Shown here: one piece after another, positions 53,576 through 64,000 of the stretch
Position numbering within the stretch: the first letter of the stretch is position 1
Layout of the letters: every line of letters begins with the position of its first letter
NCBI GenBank assembly: GCA_028534125.1
Contig: CM052817.1
Location: 12,216,001 to 12,280,000, forward strand
Direction of reading: 5' to 3'
Length of the DNA: 64,000 bases
From: Lama glama
Taxonomy: Eukaryota
The notes under the pieces: generated by a model
What the model was told of the DNA's origin: nothing
The model's database searches: none
Seen by the model: only the letters and a program-made list of their open reading frames with translations
Made by a program: the position numbers and the translations under genes

Positions 53576-53730
53576 AAGAGAGGAGGGTAAAGAGGAAGAA
53601 AGGGAGAAAGGAATAAAAAAAGATGGAAGGAAGAAGGAAAGAAAGAAGGGAAAAAGGGAGGAAGGAAATAAAAAAAGGAAAAAGGGGAAGAGGAAAAGAA
53701 GGAGAGAGGGGAGGGAAAATGGAAAAGGAG
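53576..53730. repeat. GA-rich polypurine low-complexity tract
   Basis: About 150 bp almost exclusively A/G. Confidence 0.93.
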
Positions 53731-54550
53731 TGTGCCCTTGGCACATTCTCCCTCCTAGACTTACTGGCTCCAAGGGTGACTTTTTTTTTTAACTTCTAGG
53801 AGCCTCAATTCCTTCAAAATGGGTAATAGTTCCTGACCTGCTTGTCTTTCAGAAGAGTCATAAGAATCCAATAAAATAATGATCAAAGATCCATTGTAAT
53901 CTGTGAAGAAGCATGTAATCATAATACGCTTCTTGTAACTCACATCACCCTGCGCTTTCATATTTTTATAAAATCTTCTTGGCTCTCCTATCATGTTTCA
54001 AAAGAAATCCCTTGTGTCTCCAAGATTTGTGTGATTTTTACATTTTCATGGTCACTTCCAGCTCTGTGTTCCCCATGCTTACACTAAGCTCTCTAACCTG
54101 TGGGCGCCATTGTATCTTGTGACCATTCTCTTCTCTTACTTGACTCAGATTTTAGTTGAAATCTCTTGAGTTCATGAAACAGCAGTCACACAGGGCAGGT
54201 TTGCCACAGAAGTTGATGTTCAGAGCCTGTACATCCCTTGACCTTCCCTGTCAGGGAGAATGCTCACACTTCATGTTTCTCTGTCCATCTCCCCTAAGTC
54301 ATCTCCTATTCCTCCTCTCCCTCTTCTCTCTTCCTATTTCTCAACCACTCCCAACTTAATGTTCATTTTTATAGAGTCATATATCTGTCACTGATTTCTT
54401 ATCTTGTCTAAATAAGGGCATGTGAGAAGATGAAGGGCATCTCAATTTTAACAGCCAACATAGCAAATAAAAAAAAGACCACGCATTCTAGAAAGAAGTG
54501 ATGGCAGTCCATTTAGGGTAAGAAAACCGATTTAAAGTGCTGTTTTAAAT

Positions 54551-54808
54551 CTTATGGTTACGGGGGAGAGGGAGTAGGAAGGGATAAATTTGGGAGTTTA
54601 AGATTTACAGATGCTAGCCACTATATATAAAAATAGATTTAAAACAGTTTCTTTTGTATAGCACAGGGAACTATGTTCAATATCTTGTAATAACCTTTAA
54701 AGGAAAGGAATATGAAAATGAATATATGTATGTATATACATGACTGGGACATTGTGCTGTACACCAGAGATTAACACATTGTAATTGACTGTACTCAATT
54801 AAAAAAAA
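54551..54808 (+). mobile_element. Short L1 3' UTR fragment
   Basis: CTTATGGTTAC..GGGATAAATTTGGGAGTT..TGTATAGCACAGGGAACTAT..CAATTAAAAAAAA. Near-TSD AGTGCTGTTTTA (54536-54547) / AGTACTGTTTTA (54812-54823). Confidence 0.88.
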
Positions 54809-55804
54809 TACAGTACTGTTTTATATAATGTTTTCATTATTTTATTTTCACATTTACATTCCCAAGTCTAAAAAAATCGCAAGTGTGTGGTACATATATC
54901 CTCACTTTCCCCCTACTAAACCCATGGCAGACATTACTGAACAAACATGACCTTTTGTCTAGAATACAGAAATGACATTAGATTCCTTGTGAATAGAAAG
55001 CTGCTGACCAACACTGCTAGTTTGTACCTCTTTCCATCCATGCCTTAGAACGTCTGTACCAAGCCAAGAGTGGGAAACATTGCATTAAGTCTTTCAATAA
55101 GTATGTACTTATATGTTGGATCCTTTGATGTTTGCTCAGAATACACAGGTGATCTTTTCACAAAGATGACACTATAGTGGAGGAGACATCCATGCCAATA
55201 AAAAAGTGGAAGGAAATTTGACAGGTTATGTGATAGAAGTATGATTGAGGCTTTGTAAAGACACACAAGAAGGGGTGCTCAGTGTATAACTGAGCTTAGG
55301 AAAAAACTTCACAATGTAAGAAGCACTTTGTATCTGCCTTGCAAGTAAATAAAAGTTTAAAAGATGAATAAGTAAGAGGCCAGGAAAGGCATTCTAGGAA
55401 GGAGGAATAAATGGACAGTGTACACGCACACACATATTTATTACATGCATTCCATATGTATACATAAATGCAATGATAGTGATTTTAGAAATAGGCATTT
55501 TACAAATAAAGTTTGAACAGTATTTTTCCTTTGACTGTCTCAAAATTATGTGGCAAGTATGAACATATCATATTCTTCTCAATGACAGTGATTTTTCTGT
55601 ATTGTTTGTTAATGCTTCTTTAGTGTCAATAAGAGTAATTGGCACAGAGAGGGTGCTTAATAAGTATCTGATTAATTTAATTGAGAGCTATGTAAAGAAA
55701 TAGCCCCTTTCTTTCTAAGCCCTATTCACCTAGTTCTTACACCACTCCAAAGGAAAACTATTTTTCACAGAGCTTTTAGGCAGTCAAATGCAATGTATAA
55801 TGCT

Positions 55805-56215
55805 TTCTTTTTTTTTTCCTGTTTGATTTTTTTGCTAACTTAATTAAAGTGTAATTGGCATACATTAAATGATACGTGTTTAACATGCATAATATCATAA
55901 CTTCTGACTTATAAACACATCCATGAAACCATCCTCACAAGAGAGTGAAAATATCCATCACCTTCAAAAGCTTCCTTGCACCTCCTTGTAATTTCTCTCT
56001 CCTATGGTCCCTGCTACCCTACCTCGATCCCCAAGTGACCACTGATCGGCTTTTACTCATTATAGATTAGTTTGTATTTTTCAGAATTTTATATAAATGG
56101 AATCATAAAATACGTAATATTTTTTGTCTGGCTTCTTCCACTCAGTGTAATTATTTTAAGCTTCATCCAAGGTGATACATGTTAATTTCTTTTAATTGCT
56201 GAATAGTGTCCTGTA
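55805..56215 (-). mobile_element. Old L1 (L1MB-like) 3' end
   Basis: Poly(T), then CCATGAAACCATC..ATATCCATCACC..AGAATTTTATATAAATGGAATCATA..GTCTGGCTTCTTCCACTCAG. Confidence 0.8.
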
Positions 56216-56309
56216 GTCTTGGAGGCCCATTTGCAGGTTTTAAGCAATTGGATGAAAGTATCATGTTGTATGCATTAGATCCTAAATGAACTAAATCTAA
56301 TTCTTCCAC

Positions 56310-57059
56310 TGTTGCTGAAACTTGGCCTCTGTACCCTGCTTACTGAATTGAGACTTGAGGACAGAGTTCTGGATGAAGTAGAAGAGGTAGCTTTATTTCT
56401 TTGCCAGGCAAAGGAGATCACAGTGGGCTAATGGCCTCAAGACTGTGAGCCTGCTAAAAAGAGAAGGCAGGGGATTTTATAGTAAAAGGTCAGGAGTTCA
56501 AGGGCAGAGCCAATGTCCATAGAGATGACATACAGGGTAACAAATCATGGCAAAGTTGTTCTTGCTTTTGCAGATGAAGCTGGTGCCCTTCCCTCTGTTG
56601 GATATGAAGTGCACCTCCAGGTTTGAGACACTTCTAATTTGTCTGTGCTTAGAACAAAGGGTGCTTATGAAGAGGATCTGTGGAGAGTTGCTCCAGAGAA
56701 AAATGTGTGCTGTTTAAAGTCAGGTTGACAAATGCATTTTAGGCAGGGTAAGACTTGAGACCTTTTGCTTCAGTCTGGGACCTACACCTTGTACAACAGA
56801 ATATAAAGAAATCACAAAGGGTGAAAAAAAAAAAAAACAGACATGCAGTCTGGCTAGTTAGGAACAAAAAGATGAACAAAATACCCAACTGCCATCTCTG
56901 AAGTGTCAGGATGGAAAGATCACCCAAGCTCCACTCTCTCCTCTCAGCCTAATCCTGGTTAGCAAAAGTACAAGGAAAAAACCCTTTAAACTATTATACA
57001 GTTAAGCAGTTACAAGTACCATATGGTCACCAGTAACAATAGGGTCCTGCTTGGTTACA
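56310..57059 (-). mobile_element. Solo ERV LTR (probably class I)
   Basis: TG...CA termini (minus strand TGTAACCAAGC...CAGCAACA), minus-strand TATAAAA near 56480 and AATAAA near 56395, about 750 bp. No clean TSD seen. Confidence 0.75.
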
Positions 57060-57924
57060 TTACTAGGCTAGTTTTCTACTACTTGGTGCACTTCTTTATA
57101 AAAATATTCTTTTTTTTTTTTTTTTTTTTTTTTGCTCCATGAACTATTTTGGTTAAAGGTCTTTTATTTTTCCATATGCTAATCATTATGCTTAGAAAAA
57201 CATCCCCTCGACTGTTCATGTAATAAATACCCACTTACATTAGAAGCTTTGCATCTGAGTATCTTCTAAAATATTGTCTCTATCTATAATGGAAATGTTC
57301 AAGTTCTCCTTTGTGTTGCTTCAGGATTGTACTATCTTCTCTTTCAGCATTTATTGCACTCTATGCTAATTATTTGTTCTCATGTGTTTAATCTCCTACT
57401 AGAATCTGAGTTTCTTAAGGTCCATATCATGTCGTGGTTACCACTTTCTATCCAAAATTTAGTTCGGTGCCAGAACTATAATTGGTGTAAATACAATTTT
57501 GCTGAACCTGTATTGTGTTTGCAATAGGATTGACTAGAATGGAATAGAATTACTCAGTAATCTCTCTTCAACCTCTGGAATTAAATGAAGAAGGCAATGA
57601 AGATGACTTTTAATAAATCATATCAATGTAATATCCAGATGGATAGTGGCTCCCTCAATGTACATTCTCAGGAAGGGAGGATAATGGTGAAATCTGGCCC
57701 CTCACAACTGGCAGACCAATATCCTCTGGAATCATGACTATAGATATAGTGGATTGAAGGGACTCAAGTATTTCTCCTTAACTATACATAAAATTTTCTT
57801 TTCTTTAGATGTTATTAGCTCAGACAAGATTATTTGAGTAAATCTCATGGAATAAATATTATAATTCTTCAAACAAGTATCTCACCACACATTTAATCAA
57901 TTCACAGAATACAGCAACTAACTA

Positions 57925-58140
57925 CTTGTTCTCAGCTCGGGGTGGTTCTGCACCACTAAGGAGCATTTAGTGATCAAGGGCATTTTTCTTGTCTGGTGAT
58001 GTTAACACTTAACTGGGGTGACAGGAATTTCAGGCATTGTGGATTGTAGAGATAAACATTCTACAATGCTTGGGACAGTCTCTGCAAGGAAGAATTATCC
58101 TGCCCTAAATTTTAATAGCAGTCCGATTGTGAAACACGGA
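57925..58140. mobile_element. Decayed MER20-like element
   Basis: GTTCTCAGCTCGGGG..AAACATTCTACAATGCTTGGGACAG..GAAGAATTATCCTGCCCTAAAT. Confidence 0.6.
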
Positions 58141-58661
58141 TATTACACAAATGGTGGGTAATTAGCATAAAATGCTTACAAAAGTATCTTGGCTCTGATT
58201 CTTTTCCATTCCCTGGTTCTGTTTCCAAAATGTATCCTTCTGGGCTCCCTGTAAATCCTTGTCTCAGAGGCTGATGTACCGGGTACTTTCTTGTGTCAAT
58301 AATCTTATATTAAATTCAGAAAACATTTCAGCTCTCTTCACACAAGTTCTCCAAGTTCAATCTTGATGACAGTCTTCCTCACCAGTATTCCTTTCCTCAA
58401 GCTTTTAATGTTCTTATTTGTTATTGCAGAGACTTGGGAAGATGCTGGAATGACCCAAGTCTCCCAGTTCTGTGAATATACTGCCTAGGAATTTCTGTGC
58501 ATTTCTTTCTCACGGAGCTGCAGCAACGATAAGGTTTTATAGGGCTCCAGAGATTTTGGCAAGAAAAGGAACTACTGAATTTTCTTAATTTTAGTATTTC
58601 ATGTTTACCCTGATAAAGTAGTGTTTCTTTTCCTGCCAAAATATTTTAAACAGCTATCACT

Positions 58662-58696
58662 ATCACTTCTCGGCCTTTTGGCTAAGATCATGTGTA
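58662..58696 (+). pseudogene. RNU2: 3'-truncated U2 snRNA retropseudogene (first 35 nt of U2)
   Basis: ATCACTTCTCGGCCTTTTGGCTAAGATCATGTGTA vs U2 5' end ATCGCTTCTCGGCCTTTTGGCTAAGATCAAGTGTA (2 mismatches). Flanked by the direct repeat AAA..CTATCACT (58648-58661 / 58697-58708). Confidence 0.92.
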
Positions 58697-59027
58697 AAAT
58701 CTATCACTAAATTTGTCATAAAATAAGTTGTGTTTGAGACTTAGAGAACTTCATTATATCAGGATCGAGTGCTGCTTATAAGAACATTCCTTTTAACCTT
58801 ATGACTTCGGATGCAGTGCCTTGGATGATCATCTAGAACAGATAGGATTTGAAGCTCTTCACATGGTGTTTGTAGAGACTTTGCTGTTGAAAACATTTTT
58901 GAGTGGAAACACCATGTGATAATTATGAGTATGGACTGTGTAGATGGAGAGATTTAGGTTCTAATTTCCAGCTCCAAGATTTACCAGTTGTGTATCACCA
59001 AGTATCTGACATGTATGTACACATGTA

Positions 59028-59069
59028 TTTATGTATGTATGTATGTATGTATGTATGTATGTATGTATG
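59028..59069. repeat. (TATG)n microsatellite
   Basis: Direct reading. Confidence 0.96.
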
Positions 59070-60069
59070 TGTCTGTCCAGGAGTTAGATCAGTGCCTGGT
59101 ATTTATCAGGTACTCCATACTTGATAACTATTATTTTACATAGGTTCTGGCCTCCCATCTTCCTTTTGCCAAGTGTACTTATGTAAACAGAGGGTTTAAG
59201 CTGATTGACACACTGGGAGATCCCCCAGTGCCATGTCTTTCCACTTCTCCCCAGGCCCTGGCTCTACCTGTCCTCCTGGACCATTCATCACCACAGGGAG
59301 CTCAGACAAATATATCTAATGCATGCAGTGACAGCAGTATCTACAGGAACCATCAGCCTGGAAATTTCTTCCTTCCCCTTGGCATCTTTTAGCTTCCTTC
59401 TCCCCAAGCCAACACACCAGCTGTACAAGTATAGACAGATTTATATACTGAAAGTTTGGGCCATGGTACTCAAAAAAAAAAAAAGTAAAACCAAAACCAA
59501 AACAAAAAACAGTGAGGGATTTTGTGTACAGTGGAGATGGAATTCAGGAAAACCTCCAGCTTAGGCATGGATTCTTCCACTATGATTTTGTTTTTACTGG
59601 TCCTCAGATGGACTGGTTCCTTTATTACAGATGCCATAACAAGTGATTTGTGGCCCAAATCCAGCCTGAAAAAAAAAAAGAAAGAGCTTGAACAAAAATT
59701 GAATTACTGATAAGCATTCTTTTTAAGATTAGAAGCGCTGACGCAGAAGTCTGAAATTCCAGCTTATGCTTGGATATCAGGAGATCTGGCACGCATGGGC
59801 CTTATTTTCGCTCAACAGCAATCAGCTATAGCTTAGCGGGGACTTCTGTGTTTTAATTAGCTATAATCCCCATAAAAGCCTATGGTTTTTTATCAGGGAT
59901 GTTTCATTTATTTACACCATAATTTCTTCATTTATCTGCCTGCCTCTCTCCATAGAAGGTTACAGTGAATAGTCCAGACTAAAACCTGTTTTTGGAAAGG
60001 GAATGTCTCTTGATTGGCAAAGTAACTCCGCTTTCCTCAGATCCAGTGCTCCCATCACCCATTGTGAAG

Positions 60070-60222
60070 AGCAGTATTTCTCAAGGTGCAGGACACACCT
60101 GCATCAAAATGTCTGGAATGCTTATTAAAATGCTGTTTCCTTGGCCACTGCTAAACCGGGCCTGAGAATGAGGCTCAGAAATCTGAATGCTAAGATAACT
60201 GCGCACTAAAATTAAAAGACTG
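60070..60222. mobile_element. MER5A-like fragment
   Basis: CAGTATTTCTCAAGGTG..CACCTGCATCAAAAT..GCTTATTAAAATGC..GAAATCTGAAT. Confidence 0.6.
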
Positions 60223-60591
60223 CTGTCATCCCAAACCTCTGTAAAGCTGATTCTTCAGGACTAACATTAGCTTTAATGCGGGATCTGTTTTCTTGAAAAG
60301 GCTCTGGAATTAACTTGTTATCTTGTTGGATTCTTTTCCTGGTGAAGGAACATTTCAAGGTCCTTAGGATAAATTATCATAGTTTTCTTTGCATCATGAT
60401 CACCATTATAATTTTCATCATCATCTTTATTATAAAATGTACTCTGAATTGAGACACTCAGTCCTTCAGAAAAATTCCCTGTTCAGTCTGAGCTTTGAAC
60501 AGTGCTGGTAGCACCAAGGATATACGTGAGAACAGTCCCAGGGACCAAATAACACCCAGACTATACATTTTAGTTTAGAAATACTTCAGTA

Positions 60592-60815
60592 CAGTGGTTC
60601 TCAGCTGGGAGCAGTACTGTCCCTCAGAAAATACCCGGCAATATCTGGAAATATTTCTGATTGTTTCATATTAGGTAAGTGATGTTAGTGGCATTTGGTC
60701 GGTAGAGAGGCCAGGGATGCTGTTAAGCATCTTAAAATGCAGAAGAAAACTTCCCAAAGCAAAGAATTATCAAGCCCCCAAATCTCGAAATTGTTGAGAT
60801 TGGGAAATCCTGCTT
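60592..60815. mobile_element. MER20, opposite orientation to the 1269 copy
   Basis: CAGTGGTTCTCAGCTGGG..GGCAATATCTGGA..GTAGAGAGGCCAGGGATGCTGTTAAGCATC..AAAGAATTATC. Confidence 0.82.
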
Positions 60816-61023
60816 TGGAATTTTCTTTCTGGATTGAAATGCACTAGATGCCAAGAGTGTCTATTTTGGCTCACGGTTCCACTTCTGAGTGACAGCAGCA
60901 AGAAATTAGCCTGGTCCCTGGGTTACAGGGGCACAGGAACTTAAGGAGGGGTTAGGACTGGTACCTAAAGTAGCTTCAGTGGTACTTTATGACATAAAGT
61001 TTATAATCCAAACTCTGTAGTCT

Positions 61024-61203
61024 TGTGGTTCTCAATCAGCATGCATCAGAACTGCCCAGAGGATTGTTAAAATAGATTTCTGAGTCTCATCCCCAGGGTT
61101 TCCAAATGAGCAGATTTGCAGTGTGGCCAAGAATTTGCATTTCTTACGTTCCCTGGAGATGCTGATGCTTCTGGTCTAGGGACCACACTTGGAGTTCCAC
61201 TGT
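61024..61203. mobile_element. MER5A
   Basis: GTGGTTCTCAA..GCATCAGAA..CAAGAATTTGCATTTCT..GATGCTGATGCT..GGGACCACACTTGGAG..CACTG. Confidence 0.82.
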
Positions 61204-61889
61204 GTGTTACTTTCTGTCTGTCTGGTTCCAAGCTGCCTTTGGAACCTCATTAATCATCACCAATCAAGCAATGGTAGAAAAGTCAGGTGGAAATCCTCTT
61301 TGATTCCTGTTACATCTGCCATTTATCTATTTATGTGTTTGCTTATTTTTACATTGGTACCTTAATTCTGTTTCTATTTTTCTCAGAATGGCCTTTATTG
61401 TCATGTTTCACAGCATCTCTTCCGGAGCCAAAGATAAACAAAACACAAATCAATGAGCAACGAACAAAAGAATCCCTGCCCTTCCCCTTTCACTGATCTA
61501 GTAACTATTGTACTGATTTAATAACTGATAGTAATTTTCTCTTCATTTGGTTAGAGGAAAATTGACATCCTACCACCTGAACAAAAACTAACTGAATACT
61601 ATGAATTCCAATCTGCTAGTGTTATGCCTTTCTTGCTTCCTTTTTCTTTTTCACTCATTATTTCCCCCTAACTCCTGCTTTCTGCTCTTTGTTATTTTTA
61701 AATTTTGTTTTATAACATTTCTATAAGCAGTTTAAATCCTTTGAAAAGCAGGGCAAGGTATAAATTATGCATAATACAGCCTTCAGGACCTGTTAAAATG
61801 CTATCACACACAGGAATTTCCCTGCTCTCACATTCTTAAAATAATAGTGTAATGATGCTCGGTTCTGAATTCTCATAGACTCTTATTTA

Positions 61890-63387
61890 TGCCCCTTGTA
61901 GGTTATGATTTTTATGTTTTAACTTTTTAAATTATGCAGAATAACACAAGTCAAGACTCACAGCAATAGAACAAAAGCCCCTGACCCACCTTCTAAAATA
62001 GTAATCCACTTTTACAAAAACTTCTGGGACCATCCTTGACATGCGTCCTTGTCCCTCAAGTAGGTGCTGATTTTAATTGTATAGCTGACTAGAGCTGCCA
62101 GATTACAGGGTATGTGTATCACAGGGTTTGTGACATACTCTGGATTGTTTTCCAGAATGGTTGTACCACTTGCCACATCTTACAGTACTGGATGAGAGTT
62201 ATTCTTTTCTTTAAAGCTTTAGCAATACTTTGATAGTGTTATATTTTCTTTAATTTTGCCAGTTCATCCAGAAACTGTTAAATAATATTTCATTATGGCC
62301 TTAATTTGTCTTTCTGTGAATGAAATTGGAAATTGATTTATCTTTATTTTATTTTGCATTTATTATTTATTATTTAATTTTTTGCCTATCTTGTTTCTAA
62401 CTGTGAAATAATTTTTCTTGCCTGGCAAACTTTTCAATTGGGTAATATGGCTTTTTCACATTGATTTATTTTTTAGGACTTCTTTATTAAATCTATGCAG
62501 TTAAATGCATTACAGATTTCTTAGTATGATGTTTAGATGAACAAAAGTTCTTAATTTTAATATAATTGAATTTACCAATCTTTACTCTTTTGATAAACTG
62601 GTTTTATGCTTTTTAGGAGAAACCTAGTTATAAAGATAGTCTTCTATATTTTTTAATAGTTTTGAAGTGTTTCTTTCTCATTTAAATTTTTACCCATTTG
62701 GACCTGTCATCTGTGGTATGTAGTAGGGATCTATCTACATTTATTTAACTAAAGAATAAATAATTATGTCAACATCACAGATTGGATGGTTTCTCCTTTT
62801 CTTCAATGTCATCTCTCATGTAACAAGTTTCTATATATTAGTGGTTTTGTTTCTGAAATCTCCATTTTATTCCATTGGTCAATTTGTCCATCTCTGTGCA
62901 AATACTACATATACTATAACTTTGAAATGCACAGATATTTGGCAGAGCATGTTTAAATATATTATTCTATTTCTTCTTACTTTTCTTGCCCTTCAACTCT
63001 TTAACGTGTATTTAAAAGTATGTAGTTAAATTCCTGAAGAAGAAAAGAAACAATGAGGTTTTCATCAGAATTGCATTAAATCTATAAAAGAATTTGGAGA
63101 AAAATAACATCTTTATGATATTGAGCTTTCCTATCCATGTATATGGTATGTGTTCCCAATTGTTTTGACATTCTTTATGTTAGTTATCAAAATCATATAT
63201 ATTTTCTATAAATATATTATGCATATTTTGTTTATTGCTAAATAATTTATTTTTATTGCTATTACATTATCTTACTGTTATGTTGGTGTCTATTTCAGCT
63301 TATATGTAGACTGTTAAGTTGTTTTAATTTAATGTGAACAGTTATATCATTTATAAATAATGAGTGCTTAGTTTTCTGCTTGTCCAT

Positions 63388-63435
<48 letters not shown>

Positions 63436-64000
63436 TTATCTCTTTATCTATCTGACTACAATGACTATGTCCTGAGGATAATATTACGTGGATACAGTGA
63501 TAGAGACATACAAGACTTGTTCCTGATGCTAGCAGTTTGGGAGAGAGGCTTCTACATTTTTTTTTAATCATTAAAAATGATATTTCCTGTACTTTTTTGT
63601 GGAGGAGGTAGAATGCATATACCATTAATAAGATTAAGGGAATGCCAATCTAGTCTTAGTTTGGTAAGAGATTATGTTATAATGGGTATTACATTGTATG
63701 AAATTATTTATTCTCATAATGTATACAATTAAATGAAATACACATTTCTTATGTTAAACCACTCATATTCCTGGAATAAATCTAAGTTTTTGTGATAAAT
63801 TATTATTTAGGACTGTATTATTAATAATAGTGTATTATATTTGATATTATTTTGGATTTGTGCATCTATGGTAGTGATATAGGCCTATAAGTTTTAAATT
63901 TTCTGCACCATTGTTGTCTGTCTTTAGTTACACAGAATCAATTGGGTGGTGGAGAGATTTTTAAGTAGATATATTAATCTATTGCAAGAAGATTTGGCAG
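61890..64000 (-). mobile_element. Ancient, highly decayed L1 (L1ME/L1M5-like), runs off the window
   Basis: TTGTTTTCCAGAATGGTTGTACCA, GATGAACAAAAGTTCTTAATTTTAAT, GAATTGCATTAAATCTATA..AATTTGGAGAAA..CATCTTTATGATATTGAG; antisense ORF2 signature. Confidence 0.8.
63389..63453. repeat. (TATC)n / GATA microsatellite
   Basis: Direct reading; degenerate at the 3' end. Confidence 0.96.

Noticed and set aside
53462..53792. Overlapping K/E/R-rich and F/S/L-rich ORFs
   Set aside because: Translation of a polypurine low-complexity tract.
60655..60680. Second AG|GTAAGT juxtaposition (TAG|GTAAGT at 60674)
   Set aside because: Lies inside a MER20 and has a weaker pyrimidine tract; likely incidental.
1..64000. 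Naming a host gene
   Set aside because: No exon of a known protein was recognised, and the strand cues conflict (plus-strand recursive-site motif and L1 bias vs minus-strand exon candidates).

Overview
AT-rich, repeat-dense mammalian DNA from an intron or intergenic region, with a 500-N assembly gap at 46101-46600. The young L1 3' UTRs, and the absence of any Alu, B1/B2, Bov-tA/BovB, PRE1 or Can-SINE that I could see, suggest a camelid (inference). I recognise no intact protein-coding gene; the ORF track is noise, L1 ORF2 remnants, or pieces of one retrocopy. Firm calls are a minus-strand MRPS15 processed pseudogene with poly(A) and 14-bp TSDs, a 35-nt 3'-truncated U2 snRNA retrocopy, several TSD-flanked L1s, a solo ERV LTR, and many MaLR/ERVL/MIR/L2/hAT/Tigger relics. 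The most interesting unexplained structure is three separate locally templated insertions (60-183 bp, copied from about 2 kb away), each in or beside a retroposed element, one with a fold-back junction. Also noted are a probable L1 3' transduction, a recursive-splice-site-like motif at 34021, and several candidate cryptic or alternative exons. Repeat subfamily names and many old-repeat boundaries are by eye and approximate.
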